From Marsupella aquatica (lineage: Eukaryota > Plantae > Marchantiophyta): DNA of 64,000 nt. Shown piece after piece: positions 1 through 12,466 of this stretch. The notes below the pieces were generated by a model. That model worked only from the letters and a program-made list of their open reading frames with translations. It ran no database searches and was not told where the DNA came from. The stretch covers positions 19,978,803-20,042,802 of the forward strand of contig OZ316895.1 of NCBI GenBank assembly GCA_973895155.1. The letters are read 5' to 3'. The stretch's first letter is position 1. Each line of letters starts with the position of its first letter. Both the position numbers and the translations under genes were made by a program.

Positions 1-321
1 TTGGCACGATTAAAAAATTAATTTCCTTGCAACCAAGAGGATCTTGCACTCAGAAACAAAACTTCAAATCCGTTGATTTCCTCCAGAAGTTCGTAATCAG
101 TAACGATGAATATATGGCTCAGTTGAGATTCAGAGCACAATTTATATGACTAACAAGAACAGGAATTAAGTATTCTGTCGTCACTGACGTTAAAACCCAG
201 ACCATTTGGCTTGATATGGCTTTCGAGTCCTTTGATTCATTCGATTGTGGGATTGGAATGCGCCACCCTGGTTTTCATGGTTTTAGTGCTTGAAATTATA
301 GTTAAGCAAGCTTGACTTTAC

Positions 322-3300
322 CTGTCGCTCGGCCATGCACATGGTTCGGTATCCACACCTTGCGAAGTCCTCGAGCTGATTCAAAGAAATATCCACCAAG
401 TCCTCCTGGCCTCTTGCAAGGCGTTTGAATATAACTGAGTCGGCACCTTTGCAATATAATTTTATTCTGTTACAAAGACAGTCGAAGAAAAGAGAATATG
501 GATCCTTCTCTGTGAAGCCGAAATAGCTTTTTGCAGTAAGCCATACAATACCTTCATATTCCCTGGTTAAGTCTCTAGTAATATACTCGAAAGAAGGCGA
601 GAGGAATATCAAATCATTACCTTCCTTTGGAGTCCCTACAGATAATACTCATTCGTTTTCTTTCGCTTGTAAACTCTAGCACCGCCATAATGACAAATTT
701 CTGCACACCTAGTCCCTACAATAACCCTTTCGGCTTATAAGTACGATGGGCACTACAATGTCTCACTTCCTTGGTGCTGATTCGTAATTGCAATTCCCTA
801 CTCCAAAGAACTAGCTGTTTAATTAAATACAGAGACTCCCCAAGATATTTGATCTCTAACTTAAATACCTTCACAGCAACTTGGTCAGTAGCGAGAAACA
901 AGCAACACAGAGTACCACAGCAATATATTCGCGCATCTAATTCATCCCGGATTCTTAAAATGTTCAGGTTTAGTTTGAAGGAAAGATTCTTGTTTTGTTT
1001 CCTGCCGACTGCACATAAATGTTATTCGATCTTCCAAGGCCTGGATGATTTTCTTTCTGACGATCATTTCTTGGGAGTCTTGAAGCATCACTTCGTTGAA
1101 ATTTCAAGGATTCGATCTTTTTTAACCAGTGGAGAAAAAATCTCACCTTACGAACGTTTACTTTACAAGAGGGAAGAATGACAGTTATAGACAAACCTCT
1201 ACCAGCTTCCTAGCTCTAGTTTTCAAATCGTCCACCTGTCCAAGAATCTTGGTTGCTACTTTGGGCAAGAAGGCTGGGAAGAAAGAGCTGGTACCGGAAG
1301 GAGCACCGATAATTCATCATCTGCACGCTTCTTCAGCACATAACCACAATCTGCAGCTCCCTGTAGAGGCAGGAGGAGTTCGAACATTTCAATGTAAATT
1401 CTTTAGTAACTTTGTTTGAGGAAGAGGGTTGGAAACATCTAGATCTATTAATGGCACTTCTCCAATCATATCACCCGATAATGAATTCTTCTTTGAATAT
1501 GCTTCAATCCATTTAGTTTCCTAAACAACCTCACCTAGCCTCTGTCCGGCAATATTACTAGGACATGTAAAGCCATACTCATTGCTTTAGATTCACCTGG
1601 CCGCGTATGGATTATGTAGGAAGGAGTGATCAGTGTTGGCGAGTCAGGTTGCATCAGTACCTGTACAAGAGCTTCCTCATCTGGTGATGCTCCTGTGTAT
1701 TTGAGCACAGCATCTTTTGCAAACCCTTCCTCGCCTGCCTTAGCAAACATTGGATGCACCACATGACAAATGGCAAGATGATTGAAGAACGCTGCTAAGA
1801 AATCGGAGTCAATATCCTGGGAACCAGCTTCCACTTCTTTTAACTTCAGTAGGAGTTTAGGATCATTAGCCAAAGTGTGAATTGTGTCTTTCTGACTACT
1901 AGCTTGGAAACCTCCTTCGTGCTGGATGGCTCCGTAAACCACGCCACCAACGGAGCATTGAACAAAAGCCATAATGTTTTGAGTCAACGTGCCCGTTTTG
2001 TCAGCCATGATATACTGTACCTGCAAAGTACAACTATTTAAGGATAATTAGGAACTCTTTCGTGTCAGATTCTACAGGATGAGTCTAATGTGAGGATGAT
2101 TCCGGACTTCCTTCATTTGATTAGTTGTGAACCGCACAACGGGCAGAGTTGTAAAAGCAATTGAATACAAGGAAACATAAGATATAGGAAAGCTGCGACA
2201 AGTTTGCTAGAAACAATCCTAAATTAGTCATTTTCACAGAAATTCAGATTTGGTTGCTGACGACTCTAATGCTTATTAAGCTTGGAAGAGAAACTGTAAG
2301 AAGTCGTTCCCTGCTCTCGTCCTGCTCCTTACAACAACAACGACATTCACCTGACCGAGTTCTTCGTTTAAATTGGTCGTTCGAGCCTTAGCGAAGGTTT
2401 TGGAACCTCTGTGGTACATATGGATGTCCCAGTCGATGTAGTAGCTTTGCACCACTTTGACAATTTCAAGTGTCACATAAAGTGATATAGGTATGAGTTG
2501 GTTGAGCAATATTAGGAATCTGCGCAGGGCCAGTGTCTTCCTTTAATGGAAAAGCTCAATTCAGAATGGCTCCTCTTTCTAAGCTCATCATGAAATGCTA
2601 CTGTTCCCTTTCCTTTCTTATCCCACTGAGATCCACATAATCAACATTGCTAGCAGCAGTCAAGTAGTGACTTTTGCCCCCAAACGATTTCTATCCCCAT
2701 AAAATTTCCTCGATCCTGGGCCTTTCTTTGTGCAATTCTATTGATTCTTACGGAACACTATACCCATTACTGGACTTTACAGTAATTTGTCAAAACAACT
2801 TTCCCCAAGGCAACATATATACTCGCACCTATCTGCAATTGAACGACCGGGGGCTTCTATCCTTGCACTGTAAGCATAGAAGCAAGGTTGCTATTGGATG
2901 ATGCCTCCCATCAAGAAGGTGTCGGAGAAGAATGTGCCATGTTTCCAAACTAATTACCTTCCAAACTGAGCACCGATTGTGTGAGGTTTGGGTCCAATGT
3001 GATCCTGGGTCTCTAGAAAATCTGGAATATAATATCTGAAATTCTCTTCCTCTCTTGTCCACTGATCATTTGCAGCAGCCAAACCCACACAAAGTGCAAC
3101 TTGGCATATGAATACAATTGCCACAAGTCTGTTCATGTTCCTCTCGAGCTCAGTGACCTGCATGTTGAAACGACATTTAAACGTTATGGGCAAGTTAATG
3201 CGGCAAAAGCTTTGAATATGGTGCTATCGTAGGGAGACTCCTCACCCGTTTCCTCACACTTTGAAATGGAAGGGTGCTGTTGTTGTACCTTGACTTGTCC

Positions 3301-6300
3301 TGGGATCATATTTCGAATAAACTTGGTATCAGCCCCAGTATAAACGACCACTCCAAGAATCCACTCTGTGTTACGCAATGTGGCCCCTCTCAACAAGACC
3401 TGTCGGGTGTCCAACGGTAACTTTCCATAATCCTGCAAGAGATATCATACGAACTGTAAGGACTCTCTAGTAGCGATCTTTCTGACACTATTCCAGTGTG
3501 CTTACTTTGGTTCACTACCTGTAGACAAACTATGATTGTTGTTGTGAAACACAACCCTAATGGACGTTAAAATATATCCATTCATTCTCCTTCTTTGAAA
3601 TGATACCGCTTATCAAATGTTTGCCAATACTAGATCAATTGACAAAGGTCTCCTATCCTGAATCGGACGCTGTCTGGAGCAGTTGTTCTATCATGTCTCG
3701 TCACTATCATATATTTGATTTGCCAAACAGTTGTTTCAGTATTCCTTGTGGATTTCAATTTTCGTTCGTGACTGCGCTGTCTCTTTCAATTGACGACCAA
3801 GCTTATCACTTGTTCTATTTTAGACTGAAGCCGGAGTACATACTGGAGAACACATAAATTTCTGAACTAATTTCTGATGTTCTATATATGCTGTTCATCT
3901 AATAACAGTGCTGCATGTACAAGACAAGAGCGTTCGGTACATTGTTTTTCTTACACAGAGACCACAAATCTTCCTTTAACTTCTCTACTGATATCTAGAA
4001 CAGGCACTGTCCTTTGACAGATCTTGAACCAATCACTAATCTCATTCATCGCCTCTTCATTGAGTCCCTCAGACACAGCGAGCTTCAAATGCCATACTTG
4101 CTCTAGCTGAAAACATACGACATGAAAATCACTTCTACAACTAAATGGCCAATTTAATTGTCCACGATATGTATGCATCATGAATCCGTACATGTGATCC
4201 ACCTGAAGGTTGATAGCGCCTTCAAATTTATACAGTCGATTGTTGGGAAGCTCACACTCGATGGTCAATCCAGACAAATTTTTGTGCGGGGTTGCTTCAT
4301 CTTCGACTGTAGAAGATCCCTTGTAAAATGCATTGCGGATCTTCAGATTTGTCTCGCCATCCAGGTTGGCTGTTTCGACATAAGCTAACCCTGCAATTTG
4401 CCACTCGCTTGATCAATTCAGTTCCATAGGTCTACTCAGAATCTCACCTAAGTAAGCAACTCCAGTAAAATATATGCAGAACACAGTGCTGATCCCTGAA
4501 ATCTTAGCAATAGCTGAAAGAAGACTCCATTGATCAGAGAGGTCCAGCTCAACCCACCTTTAACATCGGCAGAGGATAAAAACACTAAGTCTGCTGGAAA
4601 TTCATGGTCAGATTTCACTCTAACGATGTCGCCAACAATGACAGAGCTCCAGTCCGTTACAACGAAGCTGTTTTCGTTCAGCACCTCAACCTTTTGCTTA
4701 TTTATCTACTGGACATAAATTTACAGATATATTATCAGCAACGGCTCATGAACTGCCAGCTTCGTATCCACAACAGTCTGCTTGTTTTCCCTCCCTTAAA
4801 AGGACAGCTAAGAGCATTCTACTAATTGCAATGAGCTAAGGAGTACACTCATACTCGCTTGCTAAGTCGACCACTCTCGACGTCGGCAGAAAGCTAAAAA
4901 TATATCACTACCATCCTAGCTTGGCTGGCTCGAAGGAGCTCTCATTGGAATGAAAGTTGGATTCTCTTATTCTGTAACACAGGCATGTGAGAACTGAAGT
5001 GGGGAATGGGTTCACACAAGTTGGAGAATCACTACCCACAGTTCTATCTGAAATGCTGCGCTTGATCTCATCGACCAACTCTTTGACAGCATTGAGGAAT
5101 AAGACGAAGCACAACGGTGCCACTGTTGTAGCCCAACTGGTTGGGGAAAACCCTGGAATCAGTTGAAGTGCTGCAATGAGTATGAAGTAAAGGTTCGCAG
5201 CTCGGGAGCATTGAAGGAACAAATTCATTGGAAGAAACGTCATCAAAGTATACTTGGTGGACTTGATTTTATTGGTGCAGAACCTGTAGGGTGAAAGAGC
5301 AATGAAAAAGCATTACACAAACTATCTCTAAGTCAATGTATGTCTAGCAGTTTGTCTGAACTTCGTACTCTATCTTACGAGGCAACAAAGCAATTCACCG
5401 AATTATTCCCACAAAACAACTTCTCGTATCTAATTCTATGCAAGATTGAGGCATTGATTAGACTCACCCTGCCAAACTCTCTCGTCTAGTCCAGAAGTCA
5501 ACACACACGAAGTAAACGGCAAATACTCTGCTGTATAACTTGAAGCAATGGTAAATTGTTGAGATTGTCGAAAGCCTTACTCGAGATTGTCAACTGCTTG
5601 AGTACGTGCATAGTCTGTAGCATGAACTCGAACCGTTCGAAATCGCTTTGACCTCCTTACTGGAGCCTTCAAAATCAGAACCGAGGAAAGGATTTACAAT
5701 AAAGTCATGTCCTGAACTCACTTCAAGAACTATGAAAACTCCTAGAAACCCTTAATTGATATGAATTGGGTGCAGTGGGGAAGGAAGGAGTTTGAGGGGT
5801 AACGTACACAAAGAACAGTATTAGAAAGAGCGATGAATGGAATTTGGCATAGACAAAGGGTCAATCTAGCAACCCGTCTAGCAATGGAGTAAAGCCTCGC
5901 CGTGTAACAGAAAATAACGTTCCGCAAGCAAGGGCTTGCAAAACTGCTCTTGATATAGGAATTATCTTCCTCTCGTTGAAGAGAGAGAGACCTTCGGCTT
6001 GATTGGCTCATCAAAGTCGAAAGATGGCTCAAAAGTAGGGGAGGCCTGGCGCTTTTTGTCGGCCTCCTCCGCTTCTTGGATATCGGCGAGATCCATATCC
6101 CACAACGGCGCTTCTGGCTCAATAATCTTCATGGAGATCGACCTCACCAGCTCCCTGCGTTCCTTCGTCGAAAATGGTGTCAAAGGCTTGTCTTTTGGGA
6201 AACCTGGAATCACGACGGGAGCGTCGTCCGACTCGAACCCCACTTGACGAACTCTCGCATCAGTCCGTGGTCCATCTGTCGAAGTAGAGGAGATAGCTGA

Positions 6301-8383
6301 TGTTTCCCCCATATCTTTGCGTTCCTGGGGAATCGTATCCATGCTTGCATCCTTGGACATCTTCCTCCTATCTCTTGCATTAATTGTATCAATCCTTTCA
6401 TCCGCTGAAACCTCACGTTGGGCCCATTTGTCCACTTTCACTGACGTTACGGGGGCCAAAATCGACTTCTGTGGAACGCTCTCTTCGGATATTTCAGGGA
6501 GAGCGTCTACGTCAGAGGAGGATTTCACTTTTGGCTTCGCAGCTGCAGCATATGCAGCTTTCTCAAAGTCAGACATTTTGTTATCAGTCATTGGATTATT
6601 GTACCAGACCGGAGGGATGTCAACTTGTTGAAATGATGATAGTGCAATGTCAGGTTGGACCACTGTCCTGCGGGTAGCAAGATCTTTCAGCGCTTCTCGC
6701 TCAACTGAAGTGATCGCATCGGCGTCTTTGGAATGATCGGTTATTGTTTTCCGTGCTGCTGTTTCGGACACGTATTTTCGCTCCCCCTCAAAAACTGGCT
6801 GGAATATGGCGTCCTGTGACAGAGTTTTTCGCGCGAGAGCATCAACTATAGCTTTCCGATCATCTCTAGATATTTCACTGCGAACCGCGAGCAATTCCTC
6901 GTGGTCTGCCCCTGGTTCTGATCCTGTTGTACTGGGAGCAGCTGATATCCCTTGTGGAACCTCCTTGGACAATATTGCTAGCAGAGAATTGGCGGTTGGA
7001 AGATCAGCAGGTATTTGTAGTTGAGTGTCGGTTGCAAATTTTGAAGTGGCTGACGGCTCTGCGGCTTGTGGTCGAGTTTTCGGAGATGTCTCCTCCTTTA
7101 GAGAAGTTGATGTAAGCGCAGGCATGGGTTGGGACACTTCTTCTGTAGTGGAAGTCATGTCGTTTTGTCGAAGCTCTACCAGAGGCTCCAGTTGTGACTC
7201 TGGCACTATTTTCGCGTCGGCCACAACTAATGTTTCAGGCGGAACCTGTGCAGATGTGTCTACCAGTTGAGTCGATGTCTCTGATGCTGCCGTGAAATAT
7301 GCAGTTGTTGGTAGAATCTCTTGAGATATCTCTGGGTGTGAAAATGCACCTGGCGCTGATGCCGTTGTATCTGTGGATGGAAGCTCTTGAGATATCTCTG
7401 GATGACGAACTGCACCTGGCGCTGATACCGTATTATCTGTGGATGGAAGCTCTTGAGATATCTCTGGGTGAGAAAATGCACCTGGCGCTGATGCCGTTGT
7501 ATATGTGAATGGAACTTCTTGAGATATCTCTGGGTGAGAAAATGCTGCTGACGTTGGATCGATGGCAATGTGTTCAGGTAGGGCATCTCGAGACATTATA
7601 ATTGGAGACTCTATCGCCGGTAAGGCACCCGCAGATTCTGGCTCTTCTGGTCTAAGCTCTGCAGCTATCTCCGGGTGAGTAAATGTCAATGAAGATGCAT
7701 CATTATTTGCTATCTCAGGTGGAATGCCTGCAGCCGTCTCCGATGGTGATGCTGCAGCACAAGATGACTGGTCTGATGCAATTTCTTTGGATATCTCGGG
7801 GTGAAAAAATGTCATCGGGACCTTCACAAGCCGAGAATTGTTTTGATCAAAATTCTCACTTACAGTAAAGAAGTTTAGATCTCAGTTCAAGTTTAAGAAC
7901 ATCGGGAAGAACGTAGTTAAATCTGTGAATCGAATTTGAAATCTGTTATGTGATCATACATCTGGAAATAATTTGAAACTTTCATTTTGATGCGAAATGA
8001 TTTTCGGGAAATGAATTTTCTTTCATCTTGAGAAATCTCAGATCTAGGTGATTAGTGTTGAAGAAATGTGCCAGCAAGGTAGAGGCAATAGTTGGAAGCA
8101 CCTCAGGGTGAGAAGACGCCGATGCGAGTGAATCAGCTGTTGTTACAATAGGCGGAGATTCCGCAATTGTCTCGACCGCTCGATCAAATGCCTGGGTCTT
8201 CGTAGACATCTCTGTTTGAGAGGACATTGTTGCCAAATGCGTGGCGGCAAATGTTTCTTGCTGTGAAATGCTTACTTCTGTTAACGCGAAAGGCGTGTTT
8301 GAATGTTGAATTTCTAACATTGGATCGGGATAAGCCGTCTTTGGTCGATCCTCCAGCTCCAAAGCTGTCTCTGGTGCAGACAT
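322..8383 (-). CDS. ALA: P4-type phospholipid-transporting ATPase (flippase), 5' part; the gene continues beyond the left window edge. Inferred exons: 8383-8102 (tentative), 7821-5992, 5666-5581, (5527-5468 optional), 5283-5040, 4705-4558, 4390-4203, 3432-3289, 3157-2958, 2519-2351, 2020-1661, 1360-1295, 715-621, 466-322
   Basis: The spliced translation gives P4-ATPase hallmarks: [116 protein letters not shown] (phosphorylated Asp), [28 protein letters not shown]. Exons have phase-compatible GT/AG ends. The core exons are firm; the start codon and 5' exons are less certain. Confidence 0.93.
7318..7545 (-). repeat. In-frame coding tandem repeat, 66 nt unit, about 3.4 copies (22 aa: [22 protein letters not shown])
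   Basis: cttgagatatctctgg recurs at 7320, 7386, 7452 and 7518, inside the large exon of the 621-aa ORF. Confidence 0.95.
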
Positions 8384-10120
8384 TGTAGCAGGCGTCACAA
8401 CTTGCAATTCTGGGCCCCCTCCAGCTCACTAATCGCTTCAGCTGTCTCTGGTTTAGGCGCTGTTGTTGTTGCATGAGGTCACAGTGGCCTCCTTAGATTT
8501 TCCACAAAGCCGCAAATGGTTTCACCTGACCTAGAGTTCCTTTCTCGCTCGTCCGAAACACCTGCAATGACACGCAGAACAAATTTGCTCGATTCAACTA
8601 GAATGGCAAGTGATTTGATATAAATGGTACTCTTGGACAAAAGATGACGAATTTTTCTGATGCGAAGGTGCAGTAAATGGGGAGCACAATCCAGTAAATT
8701 CTACCGGGAAGCACCAACAACCAATCGGCCGCTACAGTCTTCTAGTCGTTGTTCTAAACGTTCTTGTTCTTTGAACACCAAAGTCCACTTTACTCTTAGC
8801 TCCGTGCGTGAATTTAACACGTCGATAACATTGTTCCAAGCTAGGTCGCCGTGCCAGCCGATTTCAACAAACGTCTACCTAAGCCGATCGCACACTTACC
8901 GTTCGCTTGCAATGAATTTATCACCTAAGACAGTCCATGTTATCGTCATGTTCACATTCGTATTCCCTGATATCGGTTGACAGAAGCAAGCACTAGCTCG
9001 AATCAGCCAGACAAACCCACTCCGGTGATATTCAGTAATCATGTGTGGGTCGAGTTAGGGCCCTCAATCTTTTCAGCGAAACTAATCAATCTGCACTCGA
9101 ACTCAAAGCGAAGAGCTGCTCATGGTGGTAGCTTTAGCCAATCTATCTGGAACTCAATTTAGAGAGCTTGATCGATTGCACTCGATTAATGCATATAAGT
9201 ACGTCAAACTAAGACCATTTGTCTTGCAGACATTTCAGGTTATCCGATGAGTAAAGCACACCCGTGAATCGGTCAAGCTGCGTAACCAAATCCCTGGCCA
9301 ATAGAAAAGCTCCATTCCTGAGTAAACGGAGAATCCTGTTCGCTGAAGAATTTGACCTCTGACCCGTGCTTTGGTCCGATGAATCTCGCTTGATGAATCA
9401 GACCAATCAAACATCAGACTACTCAGAATTCTCAAAGAATTTCCAATCTGATGCTTTCGAACAATTCAATTTTTCCGATTTACATACAAATGCCACCATT
9501 AAGTAAACATCTTCAACATCCAGAAGAAAACTATGGAACAAATACAGGAAAACGCTGTCCAACCGAACATCATCTGCTCGTGCTCTTTGTGACACTGAAG
9601 ACTCGCCAGAAAACTTTCACCTCCAATTACCATTACCGTAATGAATTACTCAAGGGATTGGCCGCCGGTTTCAATTTTTGTCTGCAATCATTTACGCAAC
9701 CGACAGGAAATGTCCACCTCCTGGCTAACGACCTGAATTGTTTAAGAGAATCCACCTCCTGTCATCACATTCGCCAAGAATTGGTTGAACTGTCACGAAA
9801 ATTTCCACCCCCTGTCGGAGCATTTTGACTCCGCACAGAAATCTCCACCTCAGACCCTCTAGCGGGATAAGAAATCCCTTCAGCAACGAAGCCACTTCCT
9901 TTGTTTGGGATCGATCAAGAAGGTTTCAAGATTTTGAGGTGCGGCAGGATTTCAAATTCTGTCATTCTTTCTCAGTCTCCAGTTTTGTAACTGTCGATTG
10001 TAACTTCTGCATAGCTCTCAAACAATGACTCTAACTTCTGATAGTACTTGATCGTACGTCAGGATTGCTTCTATAGTATGCTTTATGTTTTCGAGGACCA
10101 CTGAGTGAGACCTAGGAATA

Positions 10121-10305
10121 ACTTCTACATAGCTCTTGAAGTTTGATTGCAACTTTTAATAGCACTCCTTAGCTTGCCTGGTGTGCTTCGGTAGCATGCT
10201 TTCAATCTTGGGTGACTTCTACATAGCTCTTGAACTTTGATTGTGTTGCAATAGCACTCTATAGCTTGCCTGGTGTGCTTTTGTAGCACGCTCTCCATCT
10301 TGGGT
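10121..10305. repeat. Degenerate tandem duplication, about 94 bp x 2
   Basis: acttctacatagctcttgaa...agcttgcctggtgtgctt..gtagca occurs at 10121 and 10215. Confidence 0.85.
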
Positions 10306-10635
10306 AGGAACTGGAAGCTTAGATGGAGAAAAGCATTTGACACTGGTTTTTCATTCACTGAGATCTCACTGAGCTAGAGAACCATGCCGCCGGGTTGAGA
10401 AAAATAAATATAGATTTTTTCTTCGTTCTATAATGCCACCTCGAGCCACCCGCATTGACGCTCCCGTAGACCATGACACTTTTACACCTTCAGTCATTGA
10501 CACTTGTTTCCAACTAGTTTGGAATCTCTAAAGATTACTCCTACTCACTTTGTGCTTCTGAAAGTTTTTGAGAAGCCAACTTTGATAATTAGCCATATTG
10601 CCAATGAGATCATATTCTTGGAAAGATGAGAGTTA

Positions 10636-10720
10636 AGCCCGGATGGACTGAGCGGGGTTTGTTTTGCCCATACCCATGGACTGTGACACACACTACTTCA
10701 CTTTACACCCAAAATCCACA
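10636..10720 (-). mobile_element. Terminus of a non-autonomous TIR element (PIF/Harbinger-Tourist-like family also at 43933 and 48840)
   Basis: TTA|AGCCCGGATGGACTGAGC followed by cccatggactgtgac matches the reverse complement of the right ends of the copies at about 44500-44545 and 49230-49281. Confidence 0.55.
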
Positions 10721-11528
10721 TTGTCGGGGTATCTTTAGAAGGCCACCTTGAGTAGTTTTTCCAGGTTTCTTGACTAAATGAAAAGTTTCCAGCATGTTCT
10801 CTAATATCTAATATATTACCTGACAAAATTTCATTTTTTTCTGAAACCATTTGCTCCGTAGTGGATGAGTGCAAAGATGGTCAAATATCTGATTGAATCA
10901 AATCTATGGTATGGAAACTCCACTCCTTGAGAGTGAGTGTTAAAAAACCAAGAAGGTATAAACTAACTGTCAACAGATGATTCACTTTTTGTGAAGAACG
11001 ACCTAATTACTTGGGCACGAGCAGCAACTCACCACTTTGGGAATGGACGCTTCACTGTTGTGAAGTATGCCTTGAGTAGTTTACAAGCCTCGACTTACCA
11101 CTGTGCAAACAATCAGGAGCCTGTTTACAGCTCATAACTTGGATCTGATGATTCATTTTTGCACTGTCTAACCTTTGCTTGTTATGGTTTGCCTGTAACA
11201 TAGTCTGACTTTTACTTGTGATCCATTCAAGACTCCCCACAATTAGTTATGTGAGGATACAAATGAATCAGCCAAAACATTCATACCAATTAGTGGTGCT
11301 TAATTTGTTTCGTTTTTTCCTCCCCCACTCCCAACCCACTTTTTCCTTTTCTTTTCCCTTCTCTTTCATCTAATTGGTTTGATGAGGGTCACTAGAAAGT
11401 TTTGGGAATCCATTATTCTTCAAATTTGTGTAGTGGGTAGGTACTCAAGCTAGGCAGCACTATACAAAATCTTAGCCAAAACTACTTGAGGTGACAAAGC
11501 TACTGCTACAAATCTCTTTTGACACAAT

Positions 11529-11830
11529 CTCGGGGGCATCACTCCAAGGGAGGTCCCATATCATGCACTAAGTTTTCAGGTAATAAACACCCTAAAACTT
11601 AAGAAAATAAACTAGACTTTTAGTACTTATAACCCCTAAAATTTTGTATGGAATAATATTCCCACATTTGGTATTAAAAAACCCCAATAGTTCTGATAAG
11701 TCTCAAAATTGGATTAAAACACCTCTCTATTTCTTCAACAAAACTTTTAAAGTTTTCCATGCAATTGAATTAAAACCCTTAACTTCTTTGCGCACGATGG
11801 GTCGGAACAAAAGAAGTGAGTACCCCAGGG
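11529..11830. mobile_element. Degenerate MITE related to the element at 25890-26232
   Basis: The left end ctcgggggcatcactcc..gagg.ccca.atca and the right end gaagtgagtacccc resemble the TIRs of 25890-26232; the interior is AT-rich. Confidence 0.35.
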
Positions 11831-11949
11831 ACACAATAGGATGGTGACATATAATTATACCTAGTAGCACAAAAACAGCACCATGAAAACTGAACACCTA
11901 AGTAACCAACTTACAATACCGTCATCTCAATGTGCACACATCTGATCAC

Positions 11950-12272
11950 TGTGGGGAGAAATCAGATCAGGAAATACACTCCAAACATACATGTGCTCAA
12001 TAGTTACGTGGTTCGCCTCAAGGTTGGCTACGTCCACGGGAATACAAAGCTTTATAAATGGTTATGTGTGTACTCAAGCATCACCATAGCTCTCATCTCT
12101 TCAAGCTCTCATCTCTTGCTATATCATTGTGTTCTCTCTTGAGAACTCTCTTGTGTGTTCTCACACCACATAGAAGTTGAAGAGATAAGGACCAACTCTT
12201 CAACTAGGGTTTACTCTAACCCTAGTTAACATACTAACCATAGTTCAACCCAAGACTGAGTTAACCTCTACA
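11950..12272 (-). repeat. 3' LTR of copia element 1
   Basis: Near-identical to 17641-17963. The adjacent PPT (gagtcaagggggagtt on the minus strand) is at about 12273-12288. Confidence 0.97.
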
Positions 12273-12466
12273 AACTCCCCCTTGACTCACGTCTTGGGAG
12301 GGTTCATAACATTGTCTTTTCCTTACAAGTTCCTCCGCGGGAAGTTCAAGACAGTAGGGCCAAAAGACCCTCCCCCTAATGCAAGGGTTAACTAGAACTA
12401 AGCCGTAGCCGATAAGCCATCGGATGGAGTACTCATATAGAGACATTTTCTTGGTTAACTCTATAT

